Below are positions 26,601 through 37,857 of a DNA stretch of 64,000 nucleotides, one piece after another. Source of the DNA: Octopus bimaculoides (taxonomy: Eukaryota); contig NC_068992.1 of NCBI RefSeq assembly GCF_001194135.2, forward strand, positions 28,001,195-28,065,194, written 5' to 3'. The translations under genes were made by a program, and so were the position numbers. Every line of letters starts with the position of its first letter. The first letter of the stretch is position 1. The notes below the pieces were generated by a model. The model ran no database searches and had not been told where the DNA came from. It saw nothing but the letters and a program-made list of their open reading frames with translations.

Positions 26601-27254
26601 TTTAGCCAAACTCATTGATGACTAAGGGCCGAGATATCTGATGCACTGCTCAAGAAGACTTGTCTATGAAATGGTTGGCATTGGGAAGAGCATCCAGCCT
26701 TAGAAATAATGCCAAAGCAGACAATGGAGCTTGGTGCAACCCCTGCCCTTACTAGTTCTAGTCTGATTTGGCATGGTTTCTACAGCTGCATGCCCTTCTT
26801 AACACCAATCACTGTGAGAGTGTAATGGGTGCTTTTACGTGCCACCAGCACAGGTGCCATTTGCATGACACCAGTATCTGCCATGAATATGGTTTTACTT
26901 GATTTGATGGGTCTTCTTCTTAAGCATGGCCTAATGCCAAAAGTCTTGGCTATTTGTCATTTCCTCTGTGAGGCAAGTGCTTTTCACATGCCACTGACAT
27001 CGGCCACCTTGCCCTCCGTAAGGCCAAGGCTTGAAAGGAACTTTTTATGTACCACCAGCATGAGTGCCAGTTAAATGACACCAGCATTGGCCACGACCAC
27101 GATTTCACTTGGTTTTATATATCTGAAACTTACTCTCTTACACATAGGCTGAAATCAAATTCTTTTCTCTGAGACCTATTTTAATTTTGGCAACAGCTGT
27201 TTTTGTTTTCTCGTTACATATTCGCAATATTTTTCTTTGTCCTCATTTGTTTAG

Positions 27255-27407
27255 AGACACAGACATGGACTACCTGTGAAGCAAATGGAGAAATTCCAAA
27301 ACCATCATCAGGATCTGCATTGGCTGCTATTGGAAACATTCTTTATTTGTTTGGTGGACTTAACCAGGATGTGGGATGGTTCAATACTGTACATGCTTAT
27401 AATACTG
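27255..27407 (+). CDS. Kelch-repeat protein, exon 3 (kelch 2: ETQTW...LYLFGGLNQDVGWFNTVHAYNT)
   Basis: TTTGTTTAG| acceptor, 153 nt, phase 1-1, G|GTTTGT donor; it lies within ORF 27203-27442. Confidence 0.93.
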
Positions 27408-28449
27408 GTTTGTATATATTTTTTGGCTTGAGTAGTGTGTAATCATTTGTGATTGTGTTTATGGGTTTGTACTTGAGTACAGACTTTCCAAATTCCAGGT
27501 ATATGTTAGGTCATGACTGGTTGAACAAGAGCACAAGTGTGTTCATGTAAATGTATACTATGTTTGAAAGATACTTTTGAAATAACCATATGTATTTGAA
27601 TTTATCTGGTGGTGGATTGGAGGGTGTAAAAAAAAACAAAAAACAGTTGCTTTTAAGTGTATGCATATATTAATAGCGCTGGCATAGTTTCTGAAAGACA
27701 ATAGTTTGTTGTGCCACTAGTTTTCAAGGGATGTTTATCAAGTCAATGATTTATGCAAATGCACACCTAGTCACACATTCGCATCTGTGAACTCTCATTT
27801 TTGTTATACTGTACATGATTCATCAGGATACGGTATATAGTGAGAACACCTGGCTTAGTGGTTAGGGTGTTGCACTCATGATTGTGAGATCGTAGTTTCA
27901 ATTCCTAGACCAGGTGGTGCATTGTATTCTTGAGCAAAACACTTCAATTCACGTTGCTCTACAATCACTTTGATGCCTGGTGCGTGGTACACACTGCACC
28001 TGTTCAGAAAACGGTTATTTGATGGAGGGAGTGAGCTAATGTGCAGCACGAACATCTGATCATTATAAACAAATCGTGTAGGTCATTTGGCAAAAATGCT
28101 GAACACTCGTACATTGCTTTTGATGGGAGAGTCCATTACACACACAGGCAGGTTTGGCTGTGGTGAGAAGTTTGCACTGTAGTCTTGGGCTGACCTAAGC
28201 CTTGTACGTGGATTTGATAGACAGAAACTGAAAGAAGCTTGTCTTGTGTGTCTTATTGTCTGTTTGTACACTGTTACTTCTTGACATCCCCTAACTTAGC
28301 AGTTTTTCGAAAGTGACTGATAGAATAAGTACAAAGCTTTAAAAAAGCATAAAAAAAGTACTGGAGTCAATTTGTTTGGCTAACATCCTTCAAGTCAGTG
28401 CCCCAGGATAGCCACAGTCTAATGGCTAAAACAAGTAAGAGACACGTAT

Positions 28450-28890
28450 GGCACCCGTGTCAGTGGAGCGCTAACAGTACCATCCGAGCGTGATCATTGC
28501 AAGAGCAGCTGTCTGGCTTCCGTGCTGGTGGCCTGTAAATAGCACCATTTGAGTGTGATCATTACCAGCGTTGCCTTACTGGCACTTGTGCTGGTGGTAC
28601 ATGAAAAAACATTTGAGCGAGGTCATTGCCAGTGCCGCTGGACTGGCTCCTGTGCAGGTGGCACGTAAGAAACACCATTTGAGCGTGGTTGTTGGCAGTA
28701 CCGCCTGACTGGCCCTCGTGCCGGTGGCACGTAAAAGTACCCACTACACTTTCGGAGTGGTTGACGTTAAGAAGGGCATCCAGCTATAGAAACTATGCCA
28801 GATCAGATTGGAGCCTGGTGCAGCCATCTGGTTCTCCAATCCTCAGTCAAATCGTCCATCCCATGCTAGCATGGAAAGCGGACGTTAAAC
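28450..28890 (+). mobile_element. RTE 3' UTR-derived repeat with about four ~62-bp tandem units
   Basis: Units end GTGCCGGTGGCACGTAAAA; tail CCATGCTAGCATGGAAAGCGGACGTTAAACGAT. Confidence 0.75.
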
Positions 28891-28908
28891 GATATCTATA
28901 TCTATCTA

Positions 28909-28941
<33 letters not shown>

Positions 28942-29249
28942 NNNNNNNNNNNNNNNNNNNNNNNNNNNNNNNNNNNNNNNNNNNNNNNNNNNNNNNNNNN
29001 NNNNNNNNNNNNNNNNNNNNNNNNNNNNNNNNNNNNNNNNNNNNNNNNNNNNNNNNNNNNNNNNNNNNNNNNNNNNNNNNNNNNNNNNNNNNNNNNNNNN
29101 NNNNNNNNNNNNNNNNNNNNNNNNNNNNNNNNNNNNNNNNNNNNNNNNNNNNNNNNNNNNNCATACATACATACATACATACATACATACATACATACAT
29201 ACATACATACATACATACATACATACATACATACATACATACATACATA

Positions 29250-31903
29250 CGCAGACTTTGCATATAACAGACACCTCGGGACCAGGAAAATTTGTCTGTT
29301 ATAACCGAAAACAAAGTGAAACCCGTTTGTACTGCACACCCTTCTATGGGGTATACTGTTCATGATTCATCAGGATACGCTATCAAGTTTCAATCTGTGG
29401 ATCCATGACTATTAAATAAAATTCAACACTTTGAAAAAATGTCTTCCACCTTTGGCCATTCTACTGGGAGAAGAAACCATTGTAAAGTATTCAAAGCAGA
29501 ATAGGCATCACCACTTGTGGGTGGGGTATTGGATTCACTGCCGTCTTCATTCCCACCATCGTCACCAGCTTCGTCGTCGATGTCATCTGCGGAGCTTCTC
29601 AATTCTGTGACAATCTCCTTGTCAGTCCAATCCTTGGTAGTACTGACTTCAGCTGAATTGAGGTTCACATATTCATCTAATGGCGGAAGTTTTACACTCA
29701 AAATGTCATTTAGATGATCCCAAATGTTTCGAGAAACCATGTAGTCACCATCATCATCATCCTGGATTTCCTTATCTGCAATTCTAACTTCACTTGTCTC
29801 TTCTGCACTTTCGTTTGCAGGTTGTTTGGCAAAACCAGCTTTCTTACAACAGTTTCACATTTCACCATCTTCCAGCTGGATTTCATAGCTAGTAAACAAT
29901 CCAGAATGTCTCATTTGAAATCTTGATTGTTTTCAGAAGCTGCTAGTCGTTGGCCAGCCAGTATTCTTCTGTAGTGGAATTTCAAGCTCTTTATAATTTC
30001 CTGTGTCCATAGATTGTGTTACAGATGTGGTATTTGGTGGGAGGAAGATCAGCCCGATGTTTTCCAGTTCTATTTGTGGATAGGCTGAGCAGTTGTCGAC
30101 GATCATAGCTACTTTTCGATTTTCATTTCTCATGCAATGGTCAAAATTTCTCATCTCGGATTCGAAAATGTCACCACCCATCAAAGCTTTTTTATTCACC
30201 TAGTACATAACAGGAGGATTCTTGAATGCATGTGGTTTTACACTTTTACCTATTGCGAGAAGCAGCATTTTTCAGACCTGTCCATGTTGGAGCTGACCAG
30301 TAAAGTTATTCTCGTTTTGAGTTGCTTTTTCTCTTTATTCTGTTCACCAATAGACCCGAGGCTGCTGTCTGGTAACGTTTGTCAAAATAGACCAGTTTTG
30401 TCACAATTGAATGTGTCATGTCTATGATAGCATGTAAGAACGTCATTTATCACACCTTCTCTCCACTCCTCAACCACAACCAGGTCCACACCTCTGGATT
30501 CATCTGGCTTCAGGATCTTTCCCACATTCTAGCGTTTCTTCCACCTTTCAATCTGTGCAGTACTCGGCATGGTTTCTTGGTTGAATTCCTTTGCAAAATA
30601 TGCAGCTTTCTGTATCAGCATTTCCCCATCAATACATAAATCTCAGTTGCAGTAATATTGTCTGAACCAAATAATGAGTGTCTGGTCTACATCATCATAA
30701 TTTGTCCTGCAGAATTGCTTTCTAGAAGTGTCTGGTCTCGAATCCTTCTTTCTGAATTCCTTTCTGATCTTGTTCTTGTTTTTAATGTCACTGAGTGTCT
30801 GCTTTGGTATTTAAAAGCGTGAGGCAATAGCTATCTTTTTCATCATGCTGTTCTAGTCACAGTATTTTTATCGGTGATTAGAGCACTACTTTGCGAACTG
30901 CTCATCTTAAATGGAAAGTTCAACATGAAAAAATACAAATTTGCACAACAAAAATGTGATAAAATGCATGGAGCTTTGTGCTTTTCATCACTGCAAGTGG
31001 AAATTTTCTAAGTTCCTATGTAGCATATAGATGTAATTTATTTTTTAAAACTTAAAAAAAATTTTTTTTATTGCCCACAAGGGGCTAAACATAGACGGGA
31101 CAAACAAGGACAGACAAAGGGATTAAGTCGATTACATCGACCCCAGTGCGTAACTGGTACTTAATTTATCGACCCCGCAAGGATGAAAGGCAAAGTCAAC
31201 CTCGGTGGAATTTGAACTCAGAACATAACAGCAGACGAAATACTGCTAAGCATTTCGCCTGGCGTGCTAACTTTTCTGCCAGCTTGCTGCCCTGAAGCAT
31301 ATCGATGTAATTTGTGACACTGAATCCGAATTTGTTATTCATTTATTCCAGAAAAATTTTGTGTAAATGTTACAGGTGTTCAGATTTCAGAATTTTCAGC
31401 CAGTAGTAAACAGTGTGTTTGCTGCCTCTTCTATCTGTCACAGTAGTGAAAAGGAGGGGAGGGGGCGCTGGCATGTTAAAACATTAGAAATAAGTGAAAA
31501 ACATTACATGAGCAAATTAAATATTTAAAAGCTACAAGCAAATCAACTAGAGTTGCTAGAAATATGTCAAAACATTAAAATATGCAGAAGCAAAGTAAAC
31601 AGTGTGAAACATTAAAACATACACAAGCAAATTAAATATCTTGAAGCTATGAGCAAACCAACTGGATTTGCTAGAAATAAGTCGAAACCTTGCTTAAAAC
31701 AGACACTTATTAGTTAAAAAATAACCAAGGAAATTTACATTGTTTTTTTACCATTAGGCTAAGAAAAATCGTCCGTCATCAGTGATTGTCTGTTGTATCC
31801 GAGTCCATTATAGGAGCCAAAATCTATGAAATTTCCATTATGAAAATCCAGACCGGACAATTTTGTCTGTCATATCTGTGTATGTTATATCCAAAGTCTA
31901 CTG
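29250..31903 (-). mobile_element. pogo/Tigger-like DNA transposon, degenerate, with a nested SINE
   Basis: DDE_1-type peptide RKVAMIVDNCSAYPQIELENIGLIFLPPNTTSVTQSMD. Imperfect TIRs: GCAGACTTTGCATATAACAGACAC at 29251 versus CAGTAGACTTTGGATATAACATACAC (reverse complement ending 31903). TA follows at 31904. Confidence 0.85.
31070..31292 (-). mobile_element. SINE family B nested in the Tigger-like element
   Basis: Near-identical to 41002-41237. Confidence 0.85.
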
Positions 31904-31944
31904 TATGTATATATGTTTATAACTCCACTTCTTTTTGTTGTCAG

Positions 31945-32075
31945 TTAAAAATACCTGGTCTCTTTTGAGCACAAGTGGCACTGTTCCCAGCCCACGAGAT
32001 AAAGTGTCCTGTGTAGCTGCTGGCAAGAATATTTACTACTTTGGTGGATTTGGACCCAAAATGTCAGAAGATAAT
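31945..32075 (+). CDS. Kelch-repeat protein, exon 4 (kelch 3 first half: VKNTW...PSPRDK...IYYFGGFGPKMSEDN)
   Basis: TTGTTGTCAG| acceptor, 131 nt, phase 1 to 0, |GTAAGT donor; motif YYFGG. Confidence 0.93.
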
Positions 32076-32258
32076 GTAAGTGTACTCTATTTTTGTACTC
32101 TTGGTCAGATTTAATTATCTGTTTTGATTTCTAATGGAATGTAGTTTCTCCATAGCAGTTTTTCAAATCATTGTCCAATACTTTCCTCTTCACTTTGTTC
32201 CATGTCATTCTTGTCTTCAATTCTGCTTCTGTCATGTGATCCTTGTGCATCCAACCTA

Positions 32259-32340
32259 CTTAATCATTGAAGATATTTTTTTAGGAAGATGAAGAGGAGG
32301 AGGCTGAAGATGATAAAGATGCAGATGAAGAAGCGTCTTC
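32259..32340 (+). pseudogene. Exact partial duplicate of the exon-5 acceptor and first 56 coding nt, inside intron 4
   Basis: 82 nt identical to 34528-34609. Confidence 0.9.
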
Positions 32341-32899
32341 ATTCCTGTTTAGTTTTAACTATTGTGGATTTAAATGATTAAATAAGATAGAAAAATTCCT
32401 TTAGTAAACCTTTGTGTCCACAGGTTTCTTTGTCTTTGAGTTTTGCTGTGTTTAATGTAACATATAAGATGTTAGTCTACCACAGGTAACTTTCCCGGAT
32501 CTAATCCTTATTCCTGCCCTTATTTACTCGTTTCCCCGCTCTTTCTGTACATTACTGACAGACTTATTTCTAACAGGCACTGCTATGGAAATAGTACCAT
32601 GCTTCATTTTGGTGCTGCATAAGATGCACTTGTGCTGGTGCCATGTAGGATGCATCCAGCAAACTCTGTAAACTGGTTGGTGCTATGAAGAGCATCCAAC
32701 CATAGAAACCATGTCAAAACAAACAGTTGGAGCCTGGATAGCTCTCTGGCTGGACAGCTCCTGTCAAACCATCCAACCCATGCCGGCATGGAAAACAAAC
32801 GTTAAATGAGGATACGGAATTGATGACACATGATTGTTTAGTCTGCTAATACTAGCTGCTAAATCTCCCTTGAATTGCACTTAGATACATTTGATAATG

Positions 32900-33560
32900 T
32901 CCTGTGTTTGGAAAGTGAGATGATGATGGCTGTATTAAGGCTGACTTGGAGTCGAAGAACATGCAACCTCAATGCTTCATGACCGATTTTCATTGCCTCC
33001 AAGAACAAACCTTGAAAATATCCTTTAATGGGAACATAACAACCTCATCTCCCTTAACAGTACAAAGACCCAATTATTGCATTATCAAGGTAATGGATTG
33101 TTACACGCTCCATTCTCTATCCATGACCACAATTAAAGCCTTCAGAAGTTACTCCAAAGGTTCTAATCTGTTGGTCTTTCACAGCATAAAGCATTACCAA
33201 ATCAGCTTTTCATAGACTAAAGTTTTTCTCTTCTACAGTGCTAGAAAATTTATCCTCAATAGATTATTTTTCTTGACCCCCCCCCCCAAATCAAATAAGA
33301 CCCCCGTGAGACTCTTACTCCTATCTATGTCATAATACTGCTGCTACACACAGGCAGCTTTGACTGCATCAGAAAGAAAGACATTTGGTTGATTGGAAGA
33401 GATTCTGTCATCAACAGGGTTCAAACATTGCGTCATGGATCTGCTGTTTCTTCTTTGTCATCTCTATCTCAGTAACAACCTCTACTTCTTTAAATTAATT
33501 ACATGCCACTTGTCTCTACTTTTCCATATTGCTTCACTCCTCCTTGACTCTCCACTAATC
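32900..33560 (+). mobile_element. Highly degenerate L2/CR1-like LINE fragment
   Basis: Peptide remnants DDG, EHNNLISLNSTKTQLL and VQTLRH...SSLS across frameshifts. Confidence 0.4.
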
Positions 33561-33650
33561 TTTTCCTGTTTCCACCTCTTTATTTCATCCATTTTTGCCA
33601 CCCAGTATTCTAGACAGGGTAGTAGTGTTAGTCCTCAGGTATCTCTAGAG

Positions 33651-33916
33651 CAGTGCTTCTCAAACTATCTGTTGTGGCATACTGGCAGCTTTTTTTTTCC
33701 AATGTGCCAGGGACCAGTAATATTAATTTATTCTGGAAACAATATAATGAATAAAATAAAAGTTGACAATTTTTTAATCTTATATTTATTTTATAAACAA
33801 ATATAATATTACATAAGCATTTTATAACCTTTCTTTTCTGGAAACTCACCATGTACTGGCAGGTGATGGCTCACGGACTGGCACCAGTCCGTGGACCACC
33901 ACTTTGAGTAGCACTG
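33651..33916. mobile_element. hAT (Charlie-like) MITE
   Basis: TIRs CAGTGCTTCTCAAA / TTTGAGTAGCACTG with an 8-bp TSD CTCTAGAG / TTCTAGAG, the NTCTAGAN target typical of Charlie elements. Confidence 0.8.
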
Positions 33917-34300
33917 TTCTAGAGGGTCTTGTGTCATTAAACTTTCCCAAACGTGACCAACTGAGACTACAGATATCCAACCATCTTGTTTGTTGCCTTC
34001 TCCTAGGTTTCCTGCCAGTTGGCTCAACTTGAAGAATTTGTCTTGTGATTCTTTTGTGACATTCTCTTTGTTTATCAACTATTTACATCTCCCCTCATTG
34101 TATATATTTGGCTGTGTTGTTTTTTTTTTTATTTTGGAGAATCATACAGGTTTTTGGTTGTTGTCAAATAAAATATTATGGAAGCAAAACCTTTCAATTA
34201 ATCTTTTTTTGAGTCTGGGTACTTTGGCTTATCTGTTTTGGATAATCTGAATACTTCTGCTTATTCCACAACATGATCATGGAAAAGTGATAGTAACTCT

Positions 34301-34504
34301 TTAACACTTAAACTGGCTGTATCCAACCAAAATATTCTACTTGCTTTATGTTCAAACTGGCCATTTCTCACCCTTCACACTTACCCTACAATGTCATTCT
34401 AAAAATAAACCCTTGAAGGTACAAGATATTTCATGATTAATTCAAAACAATGTGAATAAACAAACATTACTCTTGATAGAATAATGTGAATGCTAAAAGG
34501 TTAA
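34301..34504. mobile_element. piggyBac-type MITE copy (opposite orientation to 27-246)
   Basis: Reverse-complement match to 27-246; ends ...TGCTAAAAGGTTAA. Confidence 0.65.
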
Positions 34505-34553
34505 CCGTTACAGTGAGATTTGTACCTCTTAATCATTGAAGATATTTTTTTAG

Positions 34554-34689
34554 GAAGATGAAGAGGAGGAGGCTGAAGATGATAAAGATGCAGATGAAGA
34601 AGCGTCTTCTGAAGAAGAGGAGGAAGATGGCTTGCAGCAGAAAGGAGTTGAATTCAAATGGTTTGATGACTTGTATATCTTCAATACAG
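34554..34689 (+). CDS. Kelch-repeat protein, exon 5 (acidic loop EDEEEEAEDDKDADEEASSEEEEEDG, then KWFDDLYIFNT)
   Basis: TTTTTTTAG| acceptor, 136 nt, phase 0 to 1, G|GTGTGT donor; WFDDLYIF completes kelch 3. Confidence 0.9.
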
Positions 34690-35449
34690 GTGTGTATGTA
34701 CCATCTGAACCTAACATTTTTGATCCGTAATTACTGTTGTATTATTTGGTGACTTAGTCAAACCATGGCAATCGATCAGTTGAAGTAACATCATCATTTA
34801 ACATCTGTTTTCCATGCTGGTATGGATTGGCTGGTTTGACATGAGCTGGCAAGGCCAGGAGTTACACCAGGTCCAATTGTCTACTTCGGCATGATTTCTA
34901 CATCTGGATGCCCTTCCAAATGCCAGCCACTTTGCAGAGTGTACTGGGTGCTTTTTACATGGTACCAGCACTAAAATATTTCACTGACTGCTCTTTACAT
35001 TGTTGGTTTCTGAGATGGGGTAGATCTCTTATATAAAACAAGTGATCTAATACAGTGAAGGGTTTGTAGGAGATTTGCTTGTTACAAGATTCAACAATCA
35101 AATTTGGACTATTTGGTGTTTCGATATTGGTGAGAGTTAAACCTACATTAGTTTCTCTCTCCTCTATGGACTAAGAATTTAAATTTCCCCTGGTCAGTGG
35201 TTTCCATGTTACGTTACTGTCTGGTACTGAGTCCTGCATGTATCTGTATGTATATATATATATTGTATGCGTGCATATTGTTTCTTTGAACAGCCCCAAA
35301 AGCACAAATACTATTCATTGTCAAGGCAAATCTCATACATGTGTGTGTGTGGGGTGTGTGTGTCGTGTTGTATCTCTTTGAACAGCCCCAAAATCACGAG
35401 CTGTATTCAATTATCAAGACAGCATCCTCACACCATAGTCATCCAAAAT

Positions 35450-36060
35450 TAGCAGCACTTGGCAACACTTCCTGCTCCATCCAAATGTTGGGTCACTCAC
35501 TTTTATTGAAAACACATCCTGAGCATACCAGGATTGTATCTCAAATACAGGCCCTTCTCTTTAGGTCTAGAAAATATTTTAGCTCCCCACCCTAAATTAT
35601 TGACACTACAAAGTTCAAGTCTGGTCCTTAATGGAATATTGTCACATTTAAGATAGTGTTGCTGTTACACACGCTGACATCCCTGGGTCACATCTAGAGA
35701 AGGGCCTCTAAACTGATTGGCGTAAAAATCATAGAAACCTGCTTCAGTCTGTGGCCCACGTACAATGTCTCTTGTCTCTCTTTTTTTATTGCTTGTATAA
35801 TGGCCTCTGTTTTCTCTTATACATCCTCTCCTCAGCCACTCTCAACTTAGTTGTCTTGTCTCTCATCATACTTGGTCGTCTGACTCCCTCAGGCCCTGTA
35901 CTGGTCATTATGTCAAGTTTTTGCTTCCTTGAACATCTGTCCCCTGGAATTTCGTCTCAGCTTATGACTTTTCTACAATACTCTGAACAACATGCAAGGC
36001 ATCAATTTCGTCGGTATTGGACAGCCTGCAGAAGCTATGGGCATCACCCATTTCTCCAGT
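35450..36060 (-). mobile_element. Highly degenerate CR1-like LINE fragment
   Basis: Remnants resembling NVTPIFKKG and QHGF..RSC; a related short piece lies at about 50935-51040 (+). Confidence 0.4.
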
Positions 36061-36447
36061 GAGTAACAAAAAAAGATAGAAAACTATGCTGATTTACTAA
36101 CCTTTTTCTTATTGCTAAGGGATCAGCTGTTGAATGAAACCCATTGGGGCAAATCAAGTCATGGAGGTAGCATTGTGTAGAGACAAACACAACTGCATTA
36201 GCGTGTCAGGTTGTTTGGCTAGAGCTTGAACCCTCCTTCTGCTGTGGGTCGGTGTCCTTTTTATTTTTTTCATAATTGTGCCGGGACCACTTAGAGAACA
36301 CCCAATATCCTCTGTAAAGTGGTTGGTTTAAGGAAAGGCATCCAGCTGTAGAAACCATGCCAAAACAGACAATGAAACCTGGTGTGGCTCCTGACCGTAC
36401 CAGCTCCCGTCAAACTGTCCAACCTGTGCCAGCATAGAAAATGGACA

Positions 36448-36660
36448 TTAACCCTTTAGCATTTAAACTGGCCATATCCAGCAGAAACAATCTAATGTTT
36501 TACTTGCAAACTGGCCAGTTCCAGCCTCTCACACTTACCCTACAATATTATTCTGAAAAATAATCAATTGAAATTTCATGACTACAAGATAATGCATGAC
36601 TAATTCAAAACAATGTGTTATAAATAAGCATTACATTTGATGGCGTAATCTGAATGTTAA
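36448..36660. mobile_element. piggyBac-type MITE copy (opposite orientation)
   Basis: TTAACCCTTTAGCATTTAAACTGGCC start; reverse-complement body. Confidence 0.7.
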
Positions 36661-36717
36661 ATGATGAATTGTTATATTGTTTAATTTTTTTTTTTTTTTT
36701 TTTTTTTTTTACTGTAG

Positions 36718-36870
36718 AAACGGATGTCTGGTCTCAGCCTATGCATATGAATTTGGCTGTGCCATCAGCCAGAGCTGCTTCAACAATGTGTGTCTTAGGA
36801 CGAGATATTATCATCTTCGGTGGTCGTGATTGCAAAGGCAGACAAAATGATGTTCATACCTACAACATAG
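36718..36870 (+). CDS. Kelch-repeat protein, exon 6 (kelch 4: ETDVW...PSARAA...IIIFGGRDCKGRQNDVHTYNI)
   Basis: Poly-T tract plus ACTGTAG| acceptor, 153 nt, phase 1-1, G|GTAAGG donor. Confidence 0.93.
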
Positions 36871-37392
36871 GTAAGGCAGTTTGGTAATACTTCTATTAAC
36901 AGAGCTTGAATTATGTTACGTTTTTATTTGGATTTACTGTCTTGATTGTTTTACTGGGGCCCATGATTCATTTGTAGCTTTCATTTTTGGCTAGTTTTCT
37001 GCAGTTCAATATCCTTTCTATTGCCAATCATATATACTGGGTACATTTGATCATGGCATTAGTACCAGAGAAATTATTTGTCTTTGTGAGATTCAACTTG
37101 TCTCTACTTCTTCATTTGCTCATCAGAAGGTGACAAAAGGGAATCAGTGTGTGACTGATAGGGGAGTCATGGAACAGAACCACTGATAAGGAAAGGGTGA
37201 GAGTAAAAGAAAAGTGCAGGATATTTTTGGTGAGGAGACTGGATAGAACCAGCTTGAGTGGTGGGGGGAAGATGGAGGGAACAAAGAGGGTGTACTGGAA
37301 GTGAGTGAGGGACATGAACGATGAATGATAGAGGAGGGAGTATTGTGAGAATGATGGAATATTAGAGATAGAGGAGGGAGTATTGCAAGAAA

Positions 37393-37618
37393 GGCGGCGA
37401 GCTGGCAGAAACGTTAGCACACCGGGCGAAATGCTTAGCGGTATTTCGTCTGCCGTTACGTTCTGAGTTCAAATTCTGTCGAGGCCGACTTTGCCTTTCA
37501 TCCTTTCGGGGTCGATAAATTAAGTGCCAGTTGCACACTGGGTCGATGTAATCGATTTAATCCCTTTGTCTGTCCTTGTTTGTCCCCTCTATGTTTAGCC
37601 CCTTGTGGGCAATGAATA
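37393..37618 (+). mobile_element. SINE family B
   Basis: Near reverse complement of 41002-41237; inserted in a G/A-rich minisatellite. Confidence 0.85.
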
Positions 37619-37640
37619 CATAAGAGGGAGTGTTAGAAAT

Positions 37641-37857
37641 AGAGGGAGTATTGTGAGAGTGATTGAGTATTGGAGATAGAGGAAGGAGTATTGCAAGAGG
37701 GGGAGTGTTAGAAATAGAGGGAGTATTGTGAGTGATTGAGTATTGGAGATAGAGGAAGGAGTATTGCAAGAGGGGGAGTGTGAGAAATAGAGGGAGTATT
37801 GTGAGAGTGATTGAGTATTGGAGATAGGAGTATTGCAAGAGGGGGAGTGTTAAAGAT
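37641..37857 (+). repeat. G/A-rich minisatellite, ~75-bp unit x3
   Basis: Units start at 37641, 37716 and 37789; related sequence at 37330-37390 lies on the other side of a SINE. Confidence 0.85.

Noticed and set aside
28450-28760. Palindromic repeats separated by variable sequence, superficially CRISPR-like
   Set aside because: The spacers are homologous to each other, the array is part of a dispersed RTE 3' UTR, there are no cas genes and the context is eukaryotic.
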